From Octopus bimaculoides (lineage: Eukaryota), in NCBI RefSeq assembly GCF_001194135.2, contig NC_068990.1, positions 88,427,180-88,491,179 on the forward strand: DNA of 64,000 nt, written 5' to 3'. A program made the position numbers and the translations under genes. The notes below the pieces were generated by a model, which saw only the letters and a program-made list of their open reading frames with translations, had not been told where the DNA came from and did not search any database. Shown piece after piece: positions 1-13,087 of this stretch (within the stretch, counting starts at the first letter, position 1; every line of letters begins with the position of its first letter).

Positions 1-329
1 AAATATGACTAGTCCATTTTTCACAGGGATGAAACTGGAACTGTTGATAAAGGCAAACTTTACAAGTGAAAACTCTTTTGGTCAACAACAACAGCACTCT
101 TTGTGAAGGAGAACAGACAAGAAAAAGTATACAAACAAATAACAACACTGACAATAAACAAACTGTAAACACTCCAAAGTTTCTTATGTGTGATTTGACA
201 GACAATGTTAACACATCAAAGACTATGTTCGACACAGAAAGAAGCAACAGCAGTAACAATAACAACAACAAAAACAACAACGATGAAAGAACTGACAAAC
301 AAGCCTGCATAAAGGCTTTTAAAAAGATG

Positions 330-1130
330 TCTCTCTTATGTTAGGGCCACCAAGTCCCTCTCTTTAAAGAATCGAATTCTCTAAAGAGGAAATTAAAGAT
401 GCTGGACAGTTAGTTGAATGAAATGGACTGTCAAATTCAACACCTCAGCTGATACTATCCAGAATACATCATGTCACACAGTAACATACCGTACAATTAG
501 GTCGGAGGGCAGAATGAGCCACCAAGGCTCAAATTCAAAAGGAAGCAGATAATGATAGCATAGGTTGTCTGCAATTTAAAGTAGTTGATTTCACATACAA
601 CAAACTTGTGATCTGTACACTCAACTTGAATAAGCTTCATAGACAGGGACTGGTCACTGGAAGCTAAATGCATTCTTGCCAGTTCTCCAAGCTTTCAGAG
701 ACTGTATAAGTGAATTAAACTGGCATTGATGGGGGAAATTGTCAACAATAAATGGTGGTTTGCTTTGATAATGGTGATCAGAATAGAATCGATAAGTTTA
801 ACAAAGAACTAGCAGTAGAAAGAAATAGAGCAGAGGCAGAGGCAGAGCTAGTAAGGAAGTTAGATGATGTATTTAGACAAAGCATTGCAACCAATGTACT
901 TGCAGTGAGATTGGCACTCAAAACACAAAGGCTGCACTGTCAAATCTAATATATATGCTCTTAGGCATGAAGGGATGAAAGCCATTCAGTGGACCTGAGT
1001 GGCAGAGACACAGTGTGGAAATAAATCCACATTTCTGATCTTTACTGGACTACAATGGGAACATGGTAATCGATCCCAAGCAGATGTGTGTGGCTCTTTA
1101 ACAGCATTTCACTCAACTGTTAGAGAGTGG
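330..1130 (+). mobile_element. Degenerate Tx1/L1-like LINE fragment (end of endonuclease plus linker)
   Basis: ggtcactggaagctaaatgca (GHWKLNA-like) followed by coiled-coil-like LAVERNRAEAE; resembles the fragment at about 41580-41760; boundaries approximate. Confidence 0.4.
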
Positions 1131-1149
1131 TGGTGAACCGGATCACAGG

Positions 1150-1406
1150 ATTGTTGTTGTTGCTGTTGTTGTTGTTGCTGGTGTTGCTGTTGTTGCTGTT
1201 GTTGTTGTTGCTGCTGCTGTCGTTGCTGCTGTTGTTGTTCTTGTTGTTGTTATTGTTATTGTTGCTGCTGCTGTTGTTGCTGCTGCTGTTGTTGTTGCTG
1301 TTGTTGTTGTTGTTGTTGTTGTTGCTGCTGCTGCTGTTGTTGTTGTTGTTGTTGCTGCTGCTGTCGTTGCTGTCGTCGTTGTTGTTGTTGTTGTTACAGT
1401 TGCTGT

Positions 1407-1437
<31 letters not shown>

Positions 1438-1478
1438 TGTTGTTGTTGTTGTTGTTGTTGCTGTTGTTGTTGTTGTTG
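1150..1478. repeat. Long mixed (TTG/CTG)n trinucleotide microsatellite
   Basis: About 330 bp of ttg/ctg/gtt units; source of the poly-Leu ORF. Confidence 0.95.
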
Positions 1479-1562
1479 GAGATCAATTATTTCTTCATTA
1501 CAAATTGTTTATTTCCAGAATTATGCACCAGATGCTTTGCAATGTTTAATAAATGTGTAGCG

Positions 1563-1565
<3 letters not shown>

Positions 1566-1611
<46 letters not shown>

Positions 1612-1625
1612 TGTGCGTGTGTGTT
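1566..1625. repeat. (TG)n microsatellite
   Basis: Direct inspection. Confidence 0.95.
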
Positions 1626-1672
1626 TGGGTGGACGAGTATAAAATATATTTCTTGTTTTTCTCTTTTTCCAG

Positions 1673-1906
1673 TCGCTGAAAAAAATTTGTTGCTTAAACA
1701 AGTTACCATACCAGAGAAGTATGTCTTTAGACGGTTTGGGGACATGACCATAAAGAGTTGTGATGGAGCTTGCCAGCAATATCAAGAATGTAGGTCTTAT
1801 AAGTACAATGTAAAAGATAAACTGTGTGCTTTGAGTGGTTTATCACACGTGACTAATAAAATTATACCTACCAGTAGCAGCTGGGTCATAAGAATGGTTT
1901 ACGCAG
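1673..1906 (+). CDS. Exon B1: PAN/apple-like domain, class B (subtype a)
   Basis: ttccag|TCGCTG ... GCAG|gtcagt; 234 nt; CDGAC-x5-C-x11-C (CDGACQQYQECRSYKYNVKDKLCALS). Confidence 0.85.
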
Positions 1907-1992
1907 GTCAGTAGAGTGTTTCCACATTATTTATTGTGTGCGTGTCAGTGTGTATTTACATATTGTGTCTTTGCATATATGGGTATGTGTAC

Positions 1993-1997
1993 TTATA

Positions 1998-2032
<35 letters not shown>

Positions 2033-2043
2033 GTGTGCGTGTG

Positions 2044-2081
<38 letters not shown>

Positions 2082-2082
2082 A
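1993..2082. repeat. Compound (TA)n/(TATG)n microsatellite
   Basis: Direct inspection. Confidence 0.9.
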
Positions 2083-2408
2083 GTATTTTTACATACATTC
2101 ATTTGTTATTTATTGTTGGTTGATATATACATTCATTTTATTATTATTATTGTTGTATTTTGACCTGAAGATTAGCTATATTTTTGAATAGAATTGATTT
2201 TCAATCGATTTAATCGATTCGATTATATTTTATTTTCTATTTGAAAACTTGGTTATGAAACACGTGTAGTCGTTATTATTATTATTATTTTATGATTTTT
2301 ACTTTGTATTTTATTATACTAATTTATCGAGTGTTTACTTATTAATTTTTTCTCTATGTGACTGGATTTTCATGGATGAGTTCATGAACTTTGGTTCTTT
2401 TCTCTAAA

Positions 2409-2431
2409 TTATATATATATATGTGTGTGTG

Positions 2432-2526
<95 letters not shown>

Positions 2527-2538
2527 GTGCGTGTGTGT
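2409..2538. repeat. (TA)n microsatellite with (TG)n edges
   Basis: Direct inspection. Confidence 0.95.
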
Positions 2539-2754
2539 ATAACAAATTTATTGTTGAAACCAGCAAAAATGTATTTCATCCAGTGAGAGATAAATATCAT
2601 TTAATATATTCAGTATTAAAATTCAAGCTGCTATTACTTTCATAGTGTGAAAACACCATAATCTGGCAAGCTTGTATTACATGTTGTGTGTTTCTAAACA
2701 ATCTTTCAAATTCAAATATATAGCAGGGCTAGTTATTTTTGAGAAAATAAAAAA

Positions 2755-3340
2755 GGACACTGGTCTGGCATCAACCACACTCAAATGGTGATTTTTACAT
2801 GCCAATCAGGCGGTAGTGGCATCAGCCACAACATTTCACTTGACTCAGCAGGTTTTCTCAAGCACAGCACATTGCCCAATGCTTGAAAGATACTCTTAAA
2901 TGGGCCAGTTATGCAACACTGGCATAGGCTACAGCTACGGTCTCACTTGGCTTGTCAGGTCTTCTCAAACACAGCATATCTCCAAAGGTCTTGGTTGCTT
3001 TTCATTGCTTCCATGAAGCCCAATATTCGCTGGTTGTGCTTCATCACCTCATTCCAGGTCTTCCTGAGTCTACCTCTTCCACAGGTTCCCTCCACTATTA
3101 GGGTGTGACACTTTTTCACACAGCTGTCCTCATCCATACGTAACATGTGATCCTACCAGTGCAGTTACCTCTCTTGCACACCACATCTGATGCTTCTTAT
3201 GTCCCACTTTTCTCTCAGGGCACTGACACTGTTGTGTGTGCACACTGACATTACATATCCTACGGGGCATACTAGCTTCATTTCTTGCAAAATGTGTGAA
3301 GCACACATAGTGGTGCCATGTAAAAGCACCCAGAACACTT
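2755..3340 (-). mobile_element. RTE-clade LINE 3' fragment
   Basis: Minus-strand EDSCVKKCHTLIVEGTCGRGRLRKTWNEVM is the GRGRPRKTW-type C-terminus of RTE ORFs; same family as 21625-22425. Confidence 0.75.
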
Positions 3341-3694
3341 TGTAAAATGATTGGCATTAGGATGAGCATCTAGCCATAGAATTCATACCAAATCAGACTG
3401 GTGTCTGGCGCAGCTTGCCAGCATGTACAATGGATTGGACATTAAATGATAATGATAGATATATATTATATATGTCTATATAATATATACATACACACAT
3501 ATGTTGTGCATGCACACACACACACATATATAATGATGTGTATGTACATACATACATACATGTACAGCTGTTTACATATTTCTTTAGTTTGTTACATTCA
3601 ATACTTTTTGTTTTAAATGTGTCATTATCTCCCTATTTTCACCTTCCTCCTAACATATACTTGCCTTGATACCAATTTCTCTTCTCAATTCCAG

Positions 3695-3865
3695 GTTACT
3701 CAATAATTAACTGTGGACCCCTAAAAGACATTGCTGGTATCATGAAATCTCAAAATACCACCACCTATAAATCTGATATAACCTATACTTGTCCAGGAGG
3801 AGGAATATCAAAATTAAGATGTGAAGAGGACAATAAATGGATTCCAATAGTGTCTACCTGCAAAG
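3695..3865 (+). CDS. Exon S1: Sushi/CCP domain
   Basis: ttccag|GTTACT ... AAAG|gtaata; 171 nt; NCGPLKDIAG...TYTCPGGGISKLRCEEDNKWIPIVSTCK. Confidence 0.88.
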
Positions 3866-4684
3866 GTAATATAAATAGGTTCTCATTGTCTCTGACTCAG
3901 TAATTTTGTTTTGGTTTTGTTAAGTGTCGCAGAGGAAGAATGGCTGACTCCATGTCAGTTTCCACAGTGTTTGTGGTTAGTGAAAGACAGAGGAGGCTAT
4001 CCTCATGTCAGAGACATTCACAAATTCTTGCAAGGGAGTGAACTTCATTTAAAGAACACAAAAGGTCAGGTAATGTTATTAATTTGAGTGATGGTTTAAG
4101 TCTGCCTCACAAGAACAGAAGCTTGTTCTCTCTAAGAGGCTTCTACATTGTTTCCATCCATCAAATTTCATCTACAGAGCTTTATTTTGAACAAACTATA
4201 ACCATCAGCTAGAGGTTCTCAAAATACCCCATTGTTGAGCTTATTACCACTGCTATATCTCAGCTCATCTTGATAGTTTTTCTCTCAATTTTTAACTTGA
4301 CCTTTCTCATCTATACTTTGTGTCTTCATCCAAAATTTTGTACAATATATAGCACTGAATCGTTCTTTACTAGAATTCAGCAATAATTTGGAATTGACCC
4401 CTGATACTCTAGTGATTTTACATTCCACAATTCTAAATTATAATAACCCAAATAATTATAGTGGTTTCTGATTGGGATAAAGAGCCAACAATTTCTAATA
4501 GACAGTGTTTAGTCAGTATCATCGACTTTAGTATTTGACCGTTATATTATGTTACCAAGCCACCCCTCTCAAGAATAAAAGGAAAAAGTAACATTGGATG
4601 GGTTTCAACTGAAAATATGAAGAGCCTGAATAAATACCATGAAGCATTTCTTCCAGTTCTGTAACAAGTATACATTTGCACATT

Positions 4685-5230
4685 TAAAATAAAGATGAGA
4701 ATGATGATGCAATCCTCTGGAATGTAAATGGATCTTTGTCTAGGACTGTTTGAAGAACCCCACTTTCAAAGATCACCATGAACTCCACAGCCAAGTGTCC
4801 CCTCCAATTAGTAATCTCTGACAGGTTTATGCACGGTAGTTCCTATCCCCCTTTGATTTTTTTGTCACTTTCATGTCATTTTCAAGAATGTTCCCTCAGG
4901 ATAGTATCTTCATTGCCATCCATACCTTGTTTACAACTGAAACTTTAAAACTATGATGACCAAAAAGGCAAGTCTCTGTCAGTAGTCCTTATAACCTCTT
5001 CCACATCACAACTTCATTTGCTATTACTATCCAATAGAGAAAAACTGCCTTATCTGTCTGGTTAAAAGAGAGTGTGTGGCAATGATCATGGTGGGCTTCA
5101 CTGACAGCCAGATCTGCACCCCACACAGTAGCTGCTGTTTGACACAGCTTTCCATGTCAGCAATACATACACAATGAACAAGTGCATGCAATATGATTTT
5201 GTTGCCCTGCACATGTCTTGTGCCCCATTT
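4685..5230 (-). mobile_element. Ancient Tx1/L1-like 3' fossil, co-duplicated downstream of Sushi exons (also about 10690-11560, 20240-20520, 33540-34420, 49185-50060, 54500-54770)
   Basis: The block aaataaagatgag..gatgatg..atcc..tgaatg..gaaggatctct.tctaggacca.ttgaagaaccc recurs at the same relative position in six introns. The family call is my recognition. Confidence 0.55.
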
Positions 5231-5306
5231 TTTCCATTTTTTTAATTCATTTACTTGAATTGACTATATGTATGTATATACATATATATAATATATATAT
5301 ATATAT

Positions 5307-5337
<31 letters not shown>

Positions 5338-5950
5338 GCATCAGTGGATCATATATCCCAAAAAGAAACACACACATTGTTTCGTTTGAAGCAGTAATGT
5401 TGTCAACTTGGTCAAATGGTTGATCATATGGGATCATATGATTGTTCGTTAATTTCCATAAGAGTTTTTTTTATTTCTTTATGCTATGAAGAGAAGAGAA
5501 AGTGAAAAATGCATATATGTGTATATGAAATGGACATGTGTGTGTGTGTTGTCATGTATGTAGTTTTTGCATGGATATGTAAGTGGCACTCTCTCTCTCT
5601 CTCTCTCTCTGTCACACACACTCATTATCTTTCATATACACATACTTCATGCCAGCATGGAAAGTGGACATTAAAAAATGAAGATGCTGATGATGTTGAT
5701 GATGATAATGATGATGATAATATGTATATATGTATACTCATGCTCACCCATGCTAGCATGGAAAGCGGATGTTAAACGATATATGTTTACATACATGCAT
5801 ACATACATAATATGTATCTTTTTATATCAGTGTGTAAATATCTACGATTCGATTGTCTTGATGTCTATTTATGTAACATTTTCACTTCTCTTTTCAACCA
5901 CCTCTTAACATAAATGCACCATTGGCATCAATTTCTCCCTTTAGTTTCAG

Positions 5951-6121
5951 ATTATGTAAAAATTAACTGTGGACGTCCAAAAAATGTTCTTGGTGCGTCG
6001 AGTTTCTACACAACCACCAACTATAAATCTGCAGTGATCTACACTTGCCGAAGCGGAGAACAACAAAAGTCGACATGTGAATGGAAGAGCAAATGGACTC
6101 CTGTAGTGGAAGCGTGTAGAG
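5951..6121 (+). CDS. Exon S2: Sushi/CCP domain
   Basis: tttcag|ATTATG ... AGAG|gtaata; 171 nt; NCGRPKNVLGAS...YTCRSGEQQKSTCEWKSKWTPVVEACR. Confidence 0.88.
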
Positions 6122-6469
6122 GTAATATAAATAGCTCCTCTCCTGTTGTCTGTGTCCATGTAATTTTGTTTTATTTTTATGCTAAATGTCTCAGTCAGAA
6201 GCTCAGGCTGGACATGTACAGCATTATTCTCATAAGCGTAGAAGGAATGTTGGTCTCAGAATTTCATGACATAGCTGTTTCTGTCATTGGTTTTTATTAA
6301 AAACCAAAAATACCATCTCATTGTTATCAATTACATATTCATTATTTAGGTACATTGCCAAACATAATTAGAGAAAGCAATGATATTGTGATATTCATGT
6401 CTTTCTCAAGAGCATTAAGTAAACTTAGAGTGAGAATCAAACCCAGATCATTGATTCATATCACTCTTA

Positions 6470-7230
6470 TACTAAAAGAGCAACTAGGGAAAATACTCCG
6501 GATCATTTTCTGCATAGGAAAGAATTAGTAATGTGATTAATTATTTAAAATTTCACCTTGAGTGTATGGTAAACATTGATTATGTTAATGACTTATTCTG
6601 GTCATGAATTCAGGAGAGACAACATCATAAAGATAATTACTTTTGATGAATTAACATTTCTTAGCTAGCTACATTAAGTTTTTAGTGTCCACATTTACTG
6701 CATTTTTATATTTTTTTCACTAAATACTGATAGAAGTGAAATTAATTTTGTTTTCTAGAGCAATACATTATAAAATCAGTAAAGTCTTACCATAACTAGC
6801 CATATTTAGTTACATCCATTTATGTTATGGTTTCAAGTCACACATGGATTTACTTTGCTTTTCATAATTCTGAGGCTGATAAAACAAGCACTGGTCAAGT
6901 TCTAGTTCTAAAATTGATTAATTTTCATGAGTCCTCACTGCAGAAAATGTGGTCTTGTGTTTAAGTTATGCACACTTAAATTTAATATTGCTACCATGAA
7001 CACTACTTATAATTACTCTTGCCTTTAAGGGTGAAAGATTGTGAAAATTATTTGAGTATCAGACAAAATGTGTTGTGGTATTTGTTCTGGCTCATTAACT
7101 TCTGGGATCAACTCTTTCTAATGCTAACTTTGCCCTTCCAGGGTCATCAAAATACAATGCCATTCAAATGTTGATAATTCAATTGACCAATTATGACCTC
7201 AAATATATGACTATCTTTCTGTTTTGTAAA
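6470..7230 (+). repeat. Conserved pre-PAN-A intron block containing old SINE-like remnants (also about 12085-12780, 20615-21180, 34860-35960, 50600-51240, 54980-55680, 63480-64000)
   Basis: Shared motifs include ttatgttaatgacttattctggtcatgaattcag.agagacaac.tcataaagataat, gttgataaaa.aagcact and tgtggccttgtgtttaagt. Confidence 0.8.
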
Positions 7231-7290
7231 TGATTATTATTATTATTGTTGTTGTTGTTTTCATTGATCTAAATTTTATTTTAACTCTAG

Positions 7291-7527
7291 ACTCTCAGAT
7301 CCATTTTGTGAAAGTAGAAAATGCAATTTTGAATGTATCCAAGAAAACAATGTGGAAAACACGTGCAACATTAGAAGCCTGTGCTAAACAATGTCTGTCA
7401 AGCAAAAATTGTTTATCATTTGAAACAGATAAACAAAATGGAAAATGTTACTTATCACAGGAAAGTGCAGCTTTCTCCAAGAAATTAATACCAAGTACAC
7501 ACACAGATTACTACCAACGAATAGAAG
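7291..7527 (+). CDS. Exon A1: PAN/apple-like domain, class A
   Basis: ctctag|ACTCTC ... GAAG|gtaatt; 237 nt; HFVKVENA...CAKQCLSSKNCLSFETDKQNGKCYLS...DYYQRI. Confidence 0.88.
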
Positions 7528-7757
7528 GTAATTATTACTTTTGTTTTAGTATTGGACTTCAAATCTGTTGAACATGTTCTATATTTCACACGAATTATGA
7601 TTAGGCCATCAATCATTTCTAATAAATGGTTCATTTACAAATTATGCACCAGATGCTTTGCAATATTTAATAACTGTGTATGGTGTGTGCATGTGTGTGG
7701 GAGCGGTGGTGATGATGAGTATAAAATGTATTTCTTGTTTACTTTTTATTTTGCTAG

Positions 7758-7988
7758 CTGACAAGCCTTTCAACCTAAGAAGAGTTAGCATACCACGGAA
7801 GAGTACTTTTGGAACACTTAACTTTGAGACTGTAAGTGAGTGCGATGAAGCTTGTCGTCGATATCAAGGATGTAATTCTTATGAGTACAATGAAGAGACT
7901 AAGTTTTGTATTTTGAGTAATGTGACTCACTTGACTGGTAAACTTAAACCCAACAATGCAAGTTGGGATATATTCATGATTAACCCAG
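7758..7988 (+). CDS. Exon B2: PAN/apple-like domain, class B (subtype a)
   Basis: tgctag|CTGACA ... CCAG|gtcagt; 231 nt; CDEACRRYQGCNSYEYNEETKFCILSNVT...WDIFMINP. Confidence 0.88.
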
Positions 7989-8155
7989 GTCAGTAGCGTA
8001 TTTCCATTTTACTTATTGCATGCATGCCAGTTGCATTTTCATATATGTATGTGTATCACTTGATAGTATTGGCCACCAAAGCCATCAATGGACCTGAGAG
8101 TAATATATGTATGTGTGTAAGATATATATATATATATATATATATATAGATATAC

Positions 8156-8210
<55 letters not shown>

Positions 8211-8211
8211 C

Positions 8212-8251
8212 AAAAAGGAGACCACTAGGTGGACCTAGTGGTCTCCTTTTT
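8212..8251. repeat. Perfect 19-bp inverted repeat with 2-nt spacer, within (TG)n/(TA)n
   Basis: aaaaaggagaccactaggt-gg-acctagtggtctccttttt. Confidence 0.95.
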
Positions 8252-8497
8252 ATATATACATATACAATAATCCTTTGAGATCTCAGATATTTTTCTGAAT
8301 CTCCTTGATTCTTTTAATGTGCTTGTTCCCTGGTATTAAATTAATGTTAATTAATATCCAGTTTTTTACCCTACTGTTTTATATATATACATATAATTTT
8401 TAATCTTAATATATATATATTAACAAGCATGTTGATATGTATATAATGAGAGAAAGGTAGGGACAAAGAAAGAGATGCTTTCAAACCAATGACTGAA

Positions 8498-8700
8498 TCA
8501 AGAACAGCTATACTCCAGAGGTAATAGCTCTCTGTACTTCCACCACCAAATTCTTATTCTAGAAACAATATTTTCAGAACATCCTCCACCATTGCTAATT
8601 TGGTCATCTAGGTAACAGAAACTATCTACATCCTTAAGAAGGCCTCCTGAGCATTTGAGAGAATCTAAATCTCCCTCACTCTCTTTCTCCTTCTCCTCCA
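8498..8700 (-). mobile_element. RTE-clade LINE reverse transcriptase C-terminal fragment
   Basis: LKDVDSFCYLDDQISNGGGCSENIVSRIRIWWWKYRELLPL resembles the RTE VxxFxYLGxxI...W.KFRELLP motif. Confidence 0.65.
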
Positions 8701-8949
8701 CTTCCTTCATGTTGAGTAACCTTGTATTTCCTTTGTGGCAGCGCTCCTGTTTCTGTCTTCATTCCTGATCTCTCTCTTTGGCTGGGTAACCTTGTACCTC
8801 TTCTACAGCAAGACATCTGTTTCTGTCTCTCTGCCTCACAATAACCTTTCATCATGCAATGTAAGATCACCTCCTCCAATACCCCCTCCCCTCTCAAAAG
8901 AGCTTTATTTTCTTTTTGTTTTTCTGTCTAGCAAGTACTTGATGACCCT

Positions 8950-9250
8950 GTCAGTGCAGGTGCCACTTAAAAGCCTCCAGTCCACACTGTAAAGTAGTTG
9001 GCATTTGGAATGGCATCCAGCTGTAAAGCCCTTGCCGAAAATGACCTTACCTTAACTTGTGCCACATGAAAAGCACTAAGTCCATTCTCCTGAGTGGTTG
9101 GTGTTAGGAAGGGAATTCAGCTGTAAAAATCCTGCCAAAACAGTTACAGAAGTCTGGTGTAGGCTTCTGCCTGGCCAGCTCTTGTCAAACCATCCCACTC
9201 ATGCCAGCATGGAAGGCAGTCGTTAAACAATTATTATTATTATTATTATT
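8950..9250 (+). mobile_element. RTE-family 3' UTR/tail fragment with (ATT)n tail
   Basis: ggcatccagctgtaaa...catgccagcatggaagg...cgttaaac then (att)n; reverse complement of the motif at 21650-21780. Confidence 0.55.
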
Positions 9251-9489
9251 ATTTGGTTTGACTCAGGTTTGATTTTATTCCTAGTAGGATTTATGTGAGT
9301 AGCAGAAGTATGACGAAAGAACTCTGGCCGAAATAGGATTAATGTAATGTAATGTAATATAACGCTGAAGCAAATTAACACCAAATATACAGTGCGTGTG
9401 TTTTTATTGGCTAAACTGACAATATGACCATCCTCAAGTACAACAACATCTGTTTCAACACACTATTTCACATCAAAAATCTTGCAAAG

Positions 9490-9547
<58 letters not shown>

Positions 9548-9722
9548 CATGTGTGTATGTGTCTGTATGTATGTATGTATGTATGTTTTTATATCAGCAT
9601 GTAAATTTTTTCAGTTTGATTCATTTAATATCTTTTATTGTAACATTGTTATTTTCTCCTCATTTCCATCACCTCTTAACATACAAGGACCCTTTTATGT
9701 CAATATATCTTATCAATTTCAG

Positions 9723-9893
9723 TTTTCACACGAATTAACTGTGGACCTCCAAAAAACGTTTCTGGTGCAGTGAAATCCTTCAAAACTACCACATTTAAAT
9801 CTATAGTAATTTATACTTGCCCAAGGGGAGAACAACTGAGGTCAATATGTAAAATGAACAACAAATGGAGTGCGGTAGTGTCTAGCTGTAAAG
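9723..9893 (+). CDS. Exon S3: Sushi/CCP domain
   Basis: tttcag|TTTTCA ... AAAG|gtaaca; 171 nt; NCGPPKNVSGAV...YTCPRGEQLRSICKMNNKWSAVVSSCK. Confidence 0.88.
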
Positions 9894-12850
9894 GTAACAT
9901 AAATAGTTTCTTTTTTGTCTAGGTACTTTTCTTGAAGACTAGTTGTCTCCATGACTTTAGAAGATGTTTATGGTTGATCGGAAAGAAAGATGAATCCATC
10001 CTCAGACCAGAGACTTCCCAAATGCTTTTAACAGAGTGGATCCATTAAGTCTACTCAAGGACAAAGTAATACTGTTAAATTGAGTGATGGATTAAGTCTA
10101 CTTGCCAAGAGCTGGAAGTTTAGCAAATTGTTTTCTCCACATGGCTTCCATGTAACTTCTATCTATCAAATTTCATCCACAAGGATGAAGCAAAGTTTTA
10201 GCCTTTAGCCACACAGATAAAATTCCACCAAATACCTTATTTTTTTTTTAAAGTAAATTCATTATGTCCACAGCTGTACTTCAGCTCATCTTCATCAGTT
10301 TTTTCTTAATTTCTAACCTGTATTTTGTCACCCATATTTCTGTCATTATTCAAATCTCTGTACAATATAATGCTCTGAGCCCTTTACTGAAACTTATCAA
10401 ACCTCTGAAACAAACTTTTGCTTCTCTTGTTCTCTGCATTAGATAATCCTGAATTATAATAAAACTAATAATATTACTTCCTGATTTACATACAAAGACA
10501 GCAAATTTTGATTGCCGTTGTCTTGTGAGTACCATCAACTTTACAATTTGACACCCACAAGTAGGAAAGCAACACTGATCCCCATAAGTAGGAAAGGCAA
10601 ATTTGACTTTGGCTTGATTAGAACTTATATCCAAAAGAGCCTAAATACATAGTGTGAAGCATTTCTTCTAGTTCTCTAATTAGTAGATGCAGATGATGAA
10701 GCATTACTCTTGAATGCGGAAGGGGATCTCTATCTAAGACCAGCTGGAGAACCCTTTGAAGATAATCCTGAACTCCATTGAAGAGTCTTCTCTCTGATTA
10801 TTGTCCTCTGACCTACATGTTTATTCACTGTTGTTCACATTTACTTTTGCACTTTTTCCCACTTTCACCTATCTTCCAAAGATTTCTCTTGAGGAAAGTA
10901 CCTTCCTCTACCTTCCTCTTCATCCTCAGCTTCTTTACAACTGGAAAAAGTTGAGGGATTGGTCAAAGAGGAAAGTAACTGTCATCAGATCTTACAACTA
11001 CATCTAACACAAACTTTTTCATGATCTCTTTTGCTGACACAAAGAGGAAAACTGTTTTCTCTGCCCAGTTAAAGGATAGTGTGAGGCAATCACTTTGATA
11101 AACTTGATTCACCACAGCATCTATTTGACACTCACAAGAGCATCTGTTTGACATAAATACACAAGTGAACAATGTATGGACAATGACTGAGTACATACAA
11201 AATGATTTTGCTTTACTGCTGACATGTTGGGCAGGCTTGTCTGATGGCACTTCCATGTGTGCGATTTTATCTTGGACCAGTAGAGCACTTAGGTACCATG
11301 GCCATGCCAACAACTTCAGAAAATTGTCTATAGTATTCCTTTACAAAATGTCCTCCAAAACAAACTTGTCACTTCATTTTCATTGATGCTCTGAGCAATC
11401 CTAAGTAGGTGAGTGCTCTTTTTATCCCACTAATCCTTCATAGATTGTTGGGCTGAGACATCAACCATTTCCATTGAACAAGTCAAGTTTGATCTATCAT
11501 ACTATACAATCTGAAATCCTTTGAATTATATTAGATAATCTAGCCATCGTTTTGGTAAGAAAGTGGTTTATAATTGAAGGAGTCTTTGTTTATATTTCTA
11601 ACATGTTGATGTTCACAAATGGGCTTCCACAGTATATTTTCTACTTAATATTGTGAGCTAAGAGATCTGACAGAGCTTTTCTGCTGGTAAAAGTTGTCAT
11701 TAGATTCAGCACCACTACTAGGTCTTCCAGGTGGTCATGGCAAATATGGAGGACAGCACTTAATCCAATGTTAATATCATCATTATTACAACAAACTCAC
11801 ATTGGCACATAGAAGTTCAGGCTGGGTATGTACAGCATTAATCTCATAAGTGTAGAAGGAAGGTTGATTTCAGAATTTCATGACATAGCTATTTTTGTCA
11901 TGGATACCTTATTAAAAAATAAAAATAGCAACTCATTGTAATCAGTTATATATTCATTGTTGAGGAACATAGCCAAACATAATTAGAGAAAGCAATGGTA
12001 TTGTGTGATATTTATGTCTTTCTCAAGGGCTTTCAGTAAACTTAGAGTGAGAATCAAACCCAGATCATTGACTCATACCACTCTCATACTAAAAGAACAA
12101 TTAGGGAAAATGCTAAAGATCACTTCCTGCATGGAAAACAATTTGTTATATGGCTGATTAATTAAAATTTCCCCTTGAGTTGCTGGTAAAAACCATTATG
12201 TTAATGACTTATTCTGGTCATGAATTCAGAAGAGACAACATCATAAAGATAATTACTTCTGATGAATTAAAATCTTTTAGCTAGTTACATAAGTTTTGAG
12301 TATCCACATGTGCTATATATTTATCTTTATTCAGTAAATGATGATGAAAATAAAATGACTTTTGTAAAATCTGTAACGTCATGGGCCTTTTATATTCTCC
12401 TTTCTAATCACAACAGGATGTAATTTACCTTTCATATTTCTGTCATTGATAAAATAAGCACTGCTCAAATACTTAGCTTGATCTATTTTCATGTATCCTC
12501 TTCTGCAGGATCTGTGGCTTTGTGTTTAAGTTAGGAACCATTATCATTAATATTGGTAACTTTAACAATAATTATAATTATTCTTGTCTTTAAGGGAAAT
12601 GGTTTGCTAGAATCATTCAAAGATCAGACAAAATGTATTGTCTTTGTTCTGGCTCTTTAACTTCTGCGATCACCTTCTGATATCAACTTCGCCCTAACAG
12701 GGACATTAAAATACAGTGCCATTGAAAGGATAAGGATAAATCATTTGACCAATTCTTACCTCATGAATTTGATTTTCTTTCTGTTTTGGAAATTATTATT
12801 GTTCTTTTTGTTGTTAATTTTCATTGGTCTAAATTTTACTTTTACTCCAG

Positions 12851-13087
12851 AAATTGAGATTTATTTTGTGAAAGTAAAAGATGCAACTCTGGATGTATCT
12901 GAGAAAACACTGAAGGAAGAGAACTTAGCAGCAGATGAGTGTGCACACAGATGTTTGTTAGACAAAACCTGTTTATCATTTGAAATAGTTAAAACAAAAG
13001 GAAAATGTTACTTATCAAAAACAAGTGCAGCTTTCCACAAGAAATTAAAACCAACAATACAGAGGGATTACTACCAAAGAGTAAACC
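12851..13087 (+). CDS. Exon A2: PAN/apple-like domain, class A
   Basis: ctccag|AAATTG ... AACC|gtaatt; 237 nt; CAHRCLLDKTCLSFEIVKTKGKCYLS...RDYYQRV. Confidence 0.88.

Noticed and set aside
66-344. 92-aa Asn/Thr-rich ORF
   Set aside because: Low-complexity (AAC)n-driven; no homology pattern or splice signals I can support.
1127-1549. 140-aa poly-Leu ORF (poly-Gln-like on the minus strand)
   Set aside because: It is a (TTG/CTG)n microsatellite with no splice-site context matching the gene and no domain content.
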